Source: an uncultured Gammaproteobacteria bacterium
Lineage (GTDB): Bacteria > Patescibacteriota > Microgenomatia > UBA10105 > UBA927
Length of the DNA stretch: 64,000 nucleotides
Direction: 5' to 3'
NCBI GenBank assembly: GCA_964445435.1
Contig: CAYUKU010000001.1
Span: 118,942-182,941 of the forward strand
Numbering within the stretch: position 1 is the stretch's first letter; the number at the start of each line of letters is the position of its first letter. Shown piece by piece: positions 46,265-55,218 of this stretch. Both the position numbers and the translations under genes were made by a program. The notes under the pieces were generated by a model. The model did not search any database. It saw only the letters and a program-made list of their open reading frames with translations, and had not been told where the DNA came from.

Positions 46265-47794
46265 ATGAAAAAGATCGTCCGCTTCGGCCTTATACTTCTT
46301 TTTGCGCTCATTACTCTTCCTTCGCTGTGGCCAATATTCGCCCAAACACCCACTCCTGCTGCCAGCAGTTCGTGGAAGCACCCAAGTGAACAGGCGGTCG
46401 GAGACGCTATTTACGGCGGAGACGATGTAAATCTCGAATCTTCCTGGAGTATCGGTAATACGGTCGGCATGCTCGATGTCGCGGATAAAATCGGCGGCAT
46501 TCTGTGCTCTTCAAGTACCGGCGATGCCACCAAGTGCGTCGGTGAAAGCACCGTCGGCACGCTGGGGAGAGTCATTGCCAAGACGTTCATCGAGAAACCG
46601 GCAGACACCGGCATGTGGATTGCCGATGTGGGTCACACGCTCGGGTTTGCCCCCAAGCCCGTCTATGCTCAGGGTGTCGGGTTCTCCGGACTGGCTCCGC
46701 TTCTTCCTATCTGGAAGGCATTCCGAAATATCGCATATCTTCTCATGGCGCTTGTGATGATTGTGCTTGGATTTATGATCATGTTTCGGAAAAAAATTGA
46801 TCCCAAGACCGTCGTAACTGCCCAAAATGCAATTCCCCGCGTTGTCATCGCCCTTATCCTCATCACGTTCTCGTACGCGATCGTAGGACTTGCCATAGAT
46901 GCCATGTACATCGTTTTATACTTCGCAATCGCGCTGTTTAAGTCCACCGGGTATCTGCCTGCTCCCGATCCTGCCACACTCACCGGGTTTTTTGCGGAAA
47001 AAACAGGACTGACGACAGCCGAAAAGTTGTATTCACAGGGGGGGCTCTGGTGGAATTTCGGCGCTATTGAGTGGGATCCGTATAAAATTCTCTTCGGCTT
47101 CAACACCCAGGGGTGGAGTCCGGCCATAACCATAGGCTCGAGCGTTCTGGCGCTCCTTTCTGCTATATTCGTCATCCCCGCGACATTTTTCGCAGCACCC
47201 GTCGTCGGAGGCATTCTCACCATCGGCTTTGCCGCGATGCCCCTTATCCATCTTCTTCTGAGTATCGCTATGCTGTACTTGTTTATCCGGCTTGCGTTTT
47301 TCTTTATTTCCGCGTATATCCAGATTATCATCTCGCTTCTGATGTCTCCGCTTCAGCTTCTTGCCGAAGCCTTCCCCGGCAGCAACGCATTCAGCTCATG
47401 GTTTAAGAATCTGATCGCCAACTTAGCCGTCTTCCCCATCGGGGGGGCGATGTTTATGCTCTCGGCAATATTCACGCAGTTTACGAGAGACCCTTCCGTG
47501 CTTCCGCAACAGTCCATCTGGACACCGCCATACACCAGTATAGGCTTCGTCAATAACACCACGTCCATAGCATCAATCGTTGCGCTTGGCATCCTCTTTG
47601 CCATTCCGCAGGTGGCAGGATCAGTGAAGGAGTCCCTGAAAGCCAAGCCTGCTGTACCGATGATGGACTTCGGACAGGCGGGCGGCACTGCCATGAACCT
47701 CTTGTCTACTGCGTACTACTTCAAGATGCTCGCCCCGAGCGGTCTGTGGGACAAAATCACTGGTGGCGGCGGGAAGAAAGATGCGCACGGGTAA
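46265..47794 (+). CDS. VirB6/TrbL-like polytopic T4SS membrane protein (signal peptide, extracytoplasmic N-domain, 6 or more TM helices)
   Basis: 509 aa; signal peptide; about 120-aa N-terminal soluble domain then a multi-TM core and Gly-rich C-terminal tail; directly follows the pilin array on the same strand, as VirB6-like genes do in other T4SS loci. Confidence 0.5.
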   Translation: MKKIVRFGLILLFALITLPSLWPIFAQTPTPAASSSWKHPSEQAVGDAIYGGDDVNLESSWSIGNTVGMLDVADKIGGILCSSSTGDATKCVGESTVGTLGRVIAKTFIEKPADTGMWIADVGHTLGFAPKPVYAQGVGFSGLAPLLPIWKAFRNIAYLLMALVMIVLGFMIMFRKKIDPKTVVTAQNAIPRVVIALILITFSYAIVGLAIDAMYIVLYFAIALFKSTGYLPAPDPATLTGFFAEKTGLTTAEKLYSQGGLWWNFGAIEWDPYKILFGFNTQGWSPAITIGSSVLALLSAIFVIPATFFAAPVVGGILTIGFAAMPLIHLLLSIAMLYLFIRLAFFFISAYIQIIISLLMSPLQLLAEAFPGSNAFSSWFKNLIANLAVFPIGGAMFMLSAIFTQFTRDPSVLPQQSIWTPPYTSIGFVNNTTSIASIVALGILFAIPQVAGSVKESLKAKPAVPMMDFGQAGGTAMNLLSTAYYFKMLAPSGLWDKITGGGGKKDAHG

Positions 47795-47806
47795 ACAATT
47801 CGCCAA

Positions 47807-50800
47807 TCACGAATGACCGCCACCGCCACCCGCGCCTGAAGCATCCTGCACGCCCTTCTTTGCACTTCCAAATGCACCCATAGCAAGAAGCGCGCCTCCG
47901 ATAAGCACGAACGCATACGCATTATATAAGCGCACGGTCTTGAATCCTGCAATCTGAATCCCGAACTTCCGGTGCATTTTGTGGGTAAAGTCAGGCATGT
48001 GAGTATGAAACTTCGTCTCCAATGCCGCCTCTACCTCGTGCTCGAGATGGTCCAAATCCACCCGACCCATGGCCGGTGCTCCTTGCCCTACCGCGCGCTG
48101 AGCCGCAGAAAGATCCATCGTCGTTCGATCATCACTAATACCTGATAAGTCGGCCCACAAATCTTTCACAACGGCCTGACGCCAACCATAGAACAACGTC
48201 TGCCCGACCGGTGCCTTGGCGCCCTCATAGCCACCGCTGAAGAGAATCGTGTCCACAAACGGCTTGAAATGCTGCATGAATGTCTTGCCATCCTTGGCGC
48301 CCAGTATGCCGATAAGGTCCTTCGCCATGGCATTCACTGAGTTTTGCGTATCTCCGGCCCAGCGCGGTAATCCGCCACCCGCACCGTGACCGCCCCGCAC
48401 TGAACTGATACGACCGGACCATTTGAGTTCCTTGCGTTGATGATCGGGATTATTGTCCTTAATGCCGTCCAGAAATTTGATACGCGGGTCGATCGTGTTC
48501 ACGGTCGTGAAATGAGCGGCGTACGCGGGATTTGCAAGATCTTCGATAATATGGGGATTGAGAGCAAAATCCGATGCGGCCTTCATCACATCCAGGTACG
48601 CTTTTACGTTTTCTTCTGGCGTAAGACTGCTGTCGCCCGTGGCGACACAAACTTTTTTAAGTGCGGCCTGTTCATGCGGCGAATAGACGCTCATATCTCC
48701 ATTCCACTTGGAGTAGTCAATCGGCCCTTGCGGCGTTTCTATCAGTTTTCCCCCGCTCCATTCGCGGGTAAGCGCAAGCTCAGTGTCTACCATCGCCCGT
48801 CGCATTTCGGCAGCCTTGATGGCTCCCCGCACAAACTGTTCCGGATTATTCGCGTTATAGACAAGATTCTCGCCCATTGCCGCATCGTGGAACCGGCTGA
48901 ACAGTGCGGAATTTGTGGAAAACCATTCAAACGTCTTCTCATGCATCTTTTGAGCAAGCGCATCGATGCTTGCGATGGGATCAAACTTCCCCATTAAGAC
49001 GAATGTCTTGGTTTTGAGTGTCACCTCTGCATCATGAAACTTCTTATGATCTCCCGCAGTATCAAACAGGCCGCCTGCGTCCAGACGAGCCGTCTCGTGG
49101 AGCAGAACTCCATTCGTCATGCCGGTATCTGCGTCAACGACTTTATAGAGACCAAAGTCCTTGAGAGCATCGATCTGCGACCCTATTTGCCAACCGGAAT
49201 CTATGTAATGATACGCTCCTGAGAACCGGGCGTCCAAGAGCCGTCGCCCTTCCCGATAGATAATCTGCTCCTCCAAATCAGCCTTCGTCAGCTCTGAAAG
49301 CGTCTGGGGAGTTTGTCGTTGCAATCCCTCCCGAGTTCCGCCAAAGAGCTGACGCAGAAAACTGTCCTCTCTTCGTATGCGCAATGAGCCAAACGCTCGT
49401 GCGACTGTCGCCTGATCATCCAGATCGTTGATGTTGAAAGCCATTTTCACCAGACGGTTCCATTCCGCCTGCGCCGCCCGCCCCTCGGGTGTAGGCAAAT
49501 TCCGTATTTTGTCAAGCTGACCTAACCGCGCGCGCCAATACGTATCGAGACCCACCCGTGATGCTTCCACGGCAAACATCTTTCGCATGACGAGGGCACC
49601 GAAATCGCTCTTAATCGCCCACCGATCTACCAGCCATTTAAACGGGTTCATCGAGAAAATGATTTTTCCCTCTGCCGGTTGGCCAGCAAACTCAAGCGGA
49701 TTTCCACTCTGGTGCATCATCTCAATCGGGGTAGCGGCTTTGCCGAAGATCTGTGCGCGCTGACCAGTGGCTTCGATAAGCATCGAAACTTCTCTCACGG
49801 CCATCTCTATGTCCGTCTTCTCAATTCTACGCCGTATGATGCGTCCGTTTTCATCTTTTCTCACGTCTCCATTTGTGTCGTATTCAACGCTTCCTTCCCA
49901 CTCCTGAAACCGGTCATTATACATCCCCTTTTGAGTTTGAGCGTGTGCCCACATTTGATCGACTATTGCGTCTTCCATCACTTCAATTCTCCCTGCTGTT
50001 AACGCACGGATGTATCCGTTCTCATCCCAAATTTCTGCCGCAAAGCGCTGTTTAAACACGCCAAACACCTCAAGATTGAGTCCGTTACGCTCATTTAACG
50101 TGCGCGGATACCCCTCGTCGCCGAAAATCGCGTAAACGCTCTTAAGCTTGTCCATCTCCGTATCAAGCTCAAGGCCTCCTTTTAAACGCAATAGCGCGCC
50201 GCGGATAGAAATAGTTCTGGAGATCTCTTTATTCCATTCAAGATACCCCTCGTTCATTTCCCTGTACCACTTATGATTAGTGTTGAGGACGCGGTTGCCA
50301 TCGCTGTCCAAAACCGGACTTCCATCAGGACGGACTTGGTAGATCGACTCTCCGCTTATTTGCGTAATCTCATCCCAGTTTCTCGGATCCCTCAAGTAAG
50401 CGAGGCGATTTTTGCGGTAATCATCGCTTGCGGCGTATTGAATAAGCTGAGAGTAATTGCGGTCAGCGGCCTCTTCCCACTTTCCTTCAAAAACGTTCAC
50501 AGTGGCGTTTATGAAATCCTGCTTGCTTCTGGCAAACACATCCACCCCGCGCCATGACCGCTTCATTTCTTCCAGAGAAAGGTATAAGCTGCTCCATCCC
50601 CGCTCAAGCTCACGCTCGGTGTACCGTTCCCTTCCAACACTAAGCGCCGTCTCCCGGAATGTTTCATACTTTTGGGCCAACTCCGGCTGGTCCGCCATGA
50701 GCCGTCTCCATGTATAGCTATCAGTATTGTGGTCCTGCATGGCAGTCATAAAATCAAAAATCTCATTTCGTACCCGCGGATCGTTCATGTTCCCGTGAGC

Positions 50801-52078
50801 ATCATGAAGGATTTTGTTGAAATGCTCCAGGCGGGATTTGAGATTTCGTGCCGCTACCCGCTCGGCAGGAATTGCCCTTGGACCTGCCACTTTATCCAGA
50901 TACTTTAACGCACCCGCGCTAAATTCATCGCCTCCGGGCGCTCTGCGCCTCGCACCACGCGCTCTTCCGCGCCCCCGACTCGTCCCAGCGGTGCCGATTG
51001 CCTCAAGCGCATCCTCAGCCCGATCGCCAAACTCGGGACTCACCTCATCGTGGTACATCTGGGCGACCTTCTCGGCGAAGCGTTTACGGAACGTATCACG
51101 CTCGCGCACCTGCTCATCAGTTGATCCCTGCCCGAGCGCCTTAATCTGAGAGCCCTTGGCAAGCAAAAACTCCTTGGTCCACGCATCTTCGCCGGCCTGT
51201 GCAATGTCATACACAACCTGCGCAATATCGGGATCTTTTATCAGCTCGCCATCAGAAACCAACCAGGATAATTCATTCGTCGTTCGTATTGTTTCTTGTA
51301 TCTTCCGATTCGCTTCGGCAGGTTCAACCGTACGCGTAATTTCCGGTCCCAACTTAAAGTCATCTAGAATCTGCGTCTCCAGATCCTCCGCCCACGCTTG
51401 GGTGTTCTCGGGATGCGCGCTGTGTGCGTGGTAATACACTGCCTGCTCGTCTTTCGTAATGCGCTCCACGCTTGCGCCCTTAAACGCCGGGTCATTTTTC
51501 ACGACTTCATCAAACCTCTTTCCTGAAGAGCCCTTAATCGCATCCCAATTGCGATATCCCCATTCGTACGCCGCCTGCCGCACTTCTCGCAAAACCATCT
51601 GATCCGACTCGCTTAGAGTCGTCATCTGCGGCATGTCTTTGAGGATGGTGCGCACCTTCGTCCATTCCTCTGCGCTGGGCGTGCTCCAGTTAATTTCCGG
51701 CGGCTGTTTATTCGGCGAAAGGCGGCTGATGCCGCCCAAAAGCCGCTGGTTATCTATAGGAACCGACGCGCGGAACTGATCTGACACGAGTACCGTCATC
51801 TTCTGCTCCGCAGAAAGCGGAGATCCCGCCTCTTGTCCGGCACGGATCATGGCTTTGCGGACAACTTCCGTATCCTGAACTTTGGGCTGGGTTTCTCCTT
51901 TGGTTTGAGGCGAGACATCAGGAGCTTTTTTTGGTTCTACTTTCTTCCCTCGTTCTTTCGCCTTTGCCTGGGTATTTGCGGTTGCAGCTTCCGCCTGCAC
52001 GACCATCGGAAGCGGTTTGTTTTTCCCCGCGTTTTCAAAAAGCGATTTCAGTGCATCGAAGAGTTCTTTTGACGCCAT
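47807..52078 (-). CDS. Giant (1423 aa) tail-anchored hypothetical protein, no recognisable domains
   Basis: Single uninterrupted 4.27 kb ORF; Arg/Gly-rich patch SRGRGRARGARRRAPGG; single C-terminal TM helix LYNAYAFVLIGGALLAMGAF followed by a Gly-run; downstream of T4CP-like gene and nadD on the same strand. Confidence 0.6.
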   Translation of the reverse strand: MASKELFDALKSLFENAGKNKPLPMVVQAEAATANTQAKAKERGKKVEPKKAPDVSPQTKGETQPKVQDTEVVRKAMIRAGQEAGSPLSAEQKMTVLVSDQFRASVPIDNQRLLGGISRLSPNKQPPEINWSTPSAEEWTKVRTILKDMPQMTTLSESDQMVLREVRQAAYEWGYRNWDAIKGSSGKRFDEVVKNDPAFKGASVERITKDEQAVYYHAHSAHPENTQAWAEDLETQILDDFKLGPEITRTVEPAEANRKIQETIRTTNELSWLVSDGELIKDPDIAQVVYDIAQAGEDAWTKEFLLAKGSQIKALGQGSTDEQVRERDTFRKRFAEKVAQMYHDEVSPEFGDRAEDALEAIGTAGTSRGRGRARGARRRAPGGDEFSAGALKYLDKVAGPRAIPAERVAARNLKSRLEHFNKILHDAHGNMNDPRVRNEIFDFMTAMQDHNTDSYTWRRLMADQPELAQKYETFRETALSVGRERYTERELERGWSSLYLSLEEMKRSWRGVDVFARSKQDFINATVNVFEGKWEEAADRNYSQLIQYAASDDYRKNRLAYLRDPRNWDEITQISGESIYQVRPDGSPVLDSDGNRVLNTNHKWYREMNEGYLEWNKEISRTISIRGALLRLKGGLELDTEMDKLKSVYAIFGDEGYPRTLNERNGLNLEVFGVFKQRFAAEIWDENGYIRALTAGRIEVMEDAIVDQMWAHAQTQKGMYNDRFQEWEGSVEYDTNGDVRKDENGRIIRRRIEKTDIEMAVREVSMLIEATGQRAQIFGKAATPIEMMHQSGNPLEFAGQPAEGKIIFSMNPFKWLVDRWAIKSDFGALVMRKMFAVEASRVGLDTYWRARLGQLDKIRNLPTPEGRAAQAEWNRLVKMAFNINDLDDQATVARAFGSLRIRREDSFLRQLFGGTREGLQRQTPQTLSELTKADLEEQIIYREGRRLLDARFSGAYHYIDSGWQIGSQIDALKDFGLYKVVDADTGMTNGVLLHETARLDAGGLFDTAGDHKKFHDAEVTLKTKTFVLMGKFDPIASIDALAQKMHEKTFEWFSTNSALFSRFHDAAMGENLVYNANNPEQFVRGAIKAAEMRRAMVDTELALTREWSGGKLIETPQGPIDYSKWNGDMSVYSPHEQAALKKVCVATGDSSLTPEENVKAYLDVMKAASDFALNPHIIEDLANPAYAAHFTTVNTIDPRIKFLDGIKDNNPDHQRKELKWSGRISSVRGGHGAGGGLPRWAGDTQNSVNAMAKDLIGILGAKDGKTFMQHFKPFVDTILFSGGYEGAKAPVGQTLFYGWRQAVVKDLWADLSGISDDRTTMDLSAAQRAVGQGAPAMGRVDLDHLEHEVEAALETKFHTHMPDFTHKMHRKFGIQIAGFKTVRLYNAYAFVLIGGALLAMGAFGSAKKGVQDASGAGGGGGHS

Positions 52079-52147
52079 ACAAGCAAGTAAGTAGCGTTCT
52101 CGTACATTTATTCTACCCCGCCGCCTCTCTCATCGCAAGGGCACGCG

Positions 52148-52702
52148 CTATTTGTAAAGTCCGCGTGTTTCGAGGTATTCCACTATAGCCTTGGGCACGA
52201 ACTGGTCAATCGGCAAACCCCTTGCCACACGCTCCCGGATTTTTGTGGAAGAAATATTGCTGCCGATGAGAAGCTTATCTGTGATCACCTTCATTCCCTC
52301 ATAAAGTGGCTCATTGGGAAACCCATACCGGGGAAACACAAAAAACGGCATCTTTGAAAGTAATTTTTCCCAATCCAGCCACAAATGAAACGTCGGAAGC
52401 TGATCAGAGCCGATTATAAATGAAAATTCGTGTTCGTTGGGAAGATGCGGAAGAATATGTACCGTTTCTCCATCAAGCTTGTTATCAATCTCTATCGTCG
52501 ACACGCGCGTCCGCGGAGCGGTTAAGAGTCTCGTCATGGCAAGGCGGTCCTCAACCGGTGCAACCGGCTTGGGCGGCGACTGGGCGAAATTCGGCAGAAA
52601 CCACACCTCATCCATATCAGTAAAATCTAAAACCTGCTGGGCAATCATAAGATGCCCCAAGTGAGGAGGATTGAATGCACCGCCGAGAAGTGCCACTCGC
52701 AT
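52148..52702 (-). CDS. nadD: Nicotinate-nucleotide adenylyltransferase
   Basis: GGAFNPPHLGHL (HxGH) nucleotidyltransferase motif and C-terminal ISSTKIR motif. Confidence 0.85.
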   Translation of the reverse strand: MRVALLGGAFNPPHLGHLMIAQQVLDFTDMDEVWFLPNFAQSPPKPVAPVEDRLAMTRLLTAPRTRVSTIEIDNKLDGETVHILPHLPNEHEFSFIIGSDQLPTFHLWLDWEKLLSKMPFFVFPRYGFPNEPLYEGMKVITDKLLIGSNISSTKIRERVARGLPIDQFVPKAIVEYLETRGLYK

Positions 52703-52705
52703 AGA

Positions 52706-54892
52706 TTATTTATTCACCTTCTTGGCATACCGCTCGCGGGAGGAGCGGATGACTTTTTCTCTATTCTGGTTTCTGCTTCTGGGAAGGGGCAATGTCTTCG
52801 CAGAAAACGGCGAACTCGTGTGATTGTCAATTGACAGCTTCATGACGACCTCATAGTTACCCATCGCCACGAGCTCGTTTTCCTCATACTTCTCGCCGAA
52901 TTCCCGCGACAGAATCCGTGCGTCTGCCGCGCCCACCCCAAAGGAAACAATGGATCCCGCGTTGCCGAATATCGCCTTCTGGACATCTTCGTCAATCTGA
53001 CCAATATACTGGTTTGCAAGCGTCAAATCCAGGCGGTATTTACGCGCCTCGGAGAGAATTTTTATAAATGATGTGGTGGCGAAATTCTGAAACTCGTCAA
53101 CGTACAGATAAAAGTCGCGCCGCTCCCCTTCTGCCAGATATACGCGGTTCATAGCGGCAAGCTGCATTTTCGTGATGATCATGGCCCCCAGAAGCGCACT
53201 GCTGTCTTCTCCGAGCTTGCCTTGAGACAAGTTTACGAGAACTATCTTCCCCTGGTTCATCATGCTCTCAAGATCAACTGTTGACGTGGGGCTTCCGACG
53301 ATATTTCTGATTGTTTGTGATGAGAGAAACTGCCCGACCTTGTTGAGAATCGGCGACACTGCTTCTGAGCGCATTTGTGGCGACATTTTCGCAAACTCAT
53401 TGAGCCAGAAATTTTTGAGAACCTGGTCTGCCATCTTCTCAACGACCTTGCCGCGGTATTTTTCGTTGGTGAGAAGCTCGGGCACCTGAAGAAGCGTCGA
53501 ATTGGGAACATTCGTAAGGGTCAGAATGGTATTTCTCAGAATATATTCGAGCCGCGGCCCCCAGCTTAGGTGGTACAGTTTGTAAAAAATCGAAACGATG
53601 CCGCTACTGACCAGCTCGCGATAGGCCGTGTTTCTTACTTCCAGCGGATTCAGGTGAAATGGATACTCAATATCTGATGGGTCCAAATACGCAACGTCGT
53701 TAATGCGGTGCGATGGCACGTAATCCAAGAGGATATCCGTTAAGTCACCGTGAGGGTCGACGACGGCCACCCCTTCGCCGTTTTTCATGTCATTGATCGC
53801 CATATTGGCGATCATCGTTGATTTACCGGTACCCGTCTTTCCGACGATATACACATGTTTCCTGCGGTCTGCCTTCTTGATGCCAAATGTGGCGAGCTTG
53901 TTTTTGTATTCCGTGCGTCCGAAGAAGTTAATCTGCTTTTTCTCTTCCTCATTGTCCGTTGCCACGGGCAGATTCTCCGGAGCCTCACCGGTCAACTGGG
54001 AACCCCAGGAGATATTTTTAATCATGGAAAGCGCAAGTCCCGGCGGATGCCAGAGGGAGGCAAGCTCACTGGCGTTGAGAACCTGGAATCGGGGCGCAAC
54101 TGAACCGTTTCTCTCCACAAAGCCCTGTTCGAGTTTTTTCTTCTGCCAGAACGCGGGCTCGCTGATCACCAATCCGTTTCCCTCTCCCAACGTGTACACC
54201 CCAAACGTCCCACCCACTCCGTGAAGCAGCTCGTTTGCACGCGCGTCGGAGGCGGCCACCGACACGAGCCGAATTGCCGTTCCAAAACCAACCTGGGCGA
54301 TTTTGGTCTCAATGAGGCGCGCATGGGGATGGGCCTTCATGCGACCCGTCGTTGATGACGTGTCGGGAACTCCCCTTGCAACAATCGCGGAAGCCGAATG
54401 CTGCCAATTGGTTCCTGCCGGAGTAATGCGAAACTGGATAGCGACCGCCTCCCCAACCGGAAGCTTGGCCAGCTGTCCCAGAAGGCTTGCCAGAATATCC
54501 AAGTCTTTTACGTCTTTGTACGTTTTGAGAGGATAGTAGTACGCATTGGATAAGACGACCTGTGCAATCTTATGCGGAAGGGCGAGAAAGTGCGGCGCGT
54601 AATCCTCAACCGGCGCCAAAAGCACTTTCGGGTATTGCGCGGTCAGTTGACTCTCCACATACGTCTGGAGTGACGAAGGTACGCCGACGAAAAAATGAAT
54701 CCGCGAGTTGACGGCAACCAGCTCAAAACTGAAATACTTCGGCGCATGACGGGGACGAAACAACATGGAAAGAAACCCGCCATGGCCACCTCCGGCGCCT
54801 AGCGCGGCAAAAATCTGCTCCATTGCGGCAGGCGTTTCTTCTGAGTCGCGGCTATTTTTTACTTCCAGAAGCACAAACGGAGATTCCGTCAT
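52706..54892 (-). CDS. VirD4/TraD/TrwB-like type IV coupling protein-like ATPase (FtsK/HerA superfamily)
   Basis: Walker A IVGKTGTGKST...VVDPHGD; C-terminal block ILSEARKYRLDLTLANQYIGQIDEDVQKAIFGNAGSIVSFGV resembles the TrwB_AAD/T4CP DNA-binding ATPase motif; no obvious N-terminal TM (atypical for T4CP). Confidence 0.55.
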   Translation of the reverse strand: MTESPFVLLEVKNSRDSEETPAAMEQIFAALGAGGGHGGFLSMLFRPRHAPKYFSFELVAVNSRIHFFVGVPSSLQTYVESQLTAQYPKVLLAPVEDYAPHFLALPHKIAQVVLSNAYYYPLKTYKDVKDLDILASLLGQLAKLPVGEAVAIQFRITPAGTNWQHSASAIVARGVPDTSSTTGRMKAHPHARLIETKIAQVGFGTAIRLVSVAASDARANELLHGVGGTFGVYTLGEGNGLVISEPAFWQKKKLEQGFVERNGSVAPRFQVLNASELASLWHPPGLALSMIKNISWGSQLTGEAPENLPVATDNEEEKKQINFFGRTEYKNKLATFGIKKADRRKHVYIVGKTGTGKSTMIANMAINDMKNGEGVAVVDPHGDLTDILLDYVPSHRINDVAYLDPSDIEYPFHLNPLEVRNTAYRELVSSGIVSIFYKLYHLSWGPRLEYILRNTILTLTNVPNSTLLQVPELLTNEKYRGKVVEKMADQVLKNFWLNEFAKMSPQMRSEAVSPILNKVGQFLSSQTIRNIVGSPTSTVDLESMMNQGKIVLVNLSQGKLGEDSSALLGAMIITKMQLAAMNRVYLAEGERRDFYLYVDEFQNFATTSFIKILSEARKYRLDLTLANQYIGQIDEDVQKAIFGNAGSIVSFGVGAADARILSREFGEKYEENELVAMGNYEVVMKLSIDNHTSSPFSAKTLPLPRSRNQNREKVIRSSRERYAKKVNK

Positions 54893-55106
54893 GAGGCTAT
54901 AGTATCACAAAAATCGCAGGCTACGAGCTGCGTAAATAAGGGGCGAGAGAATAATTTGAAAGGCAACTGCGCGTTTGCGTGGCTTATCTTATGTTGCCCG
55001 TATATGAAACGCGCATTTAACGAGGATGGGATAGGCTTCCGCGATAAAACGAGGTCGCCAAGTGGGTCTTTGCAAATTCTTTCGCTCGCCCCTTTTAAAA
55101 ACCTTT

Positions 55107-55135
55107 CGTGAAAACTGAAAATGAGAGTTTTCACG
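55107..55135. promoter_or_regulatory. Perfect 10-bp inverted repeat (CGTGAAAACT-n9-AGTTTTCACG) in divergent T4SS promoter region
   Basis: Located in the 325-bp gap between the divergently transcribed T4CP-like gene and the PrgI-like gene, about 85 bp upstream of the PrgI-like ATG; candidate operator. Confidence 0.3.
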
Positions 55136-55218
55136 ATTCTGATGCGCTTTGTGCTATTGCGCTCGCGTCAAAATTACCCCAAAATAGTACTACCAGCCGA
55201 TAGTGCGGAGTTCTGTCT

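Noticed and set aside
46669-47331. 220-aa minus-strand ORF
   Set aside because: Antisense to the VirB6-like polytopic membrane protein gene.
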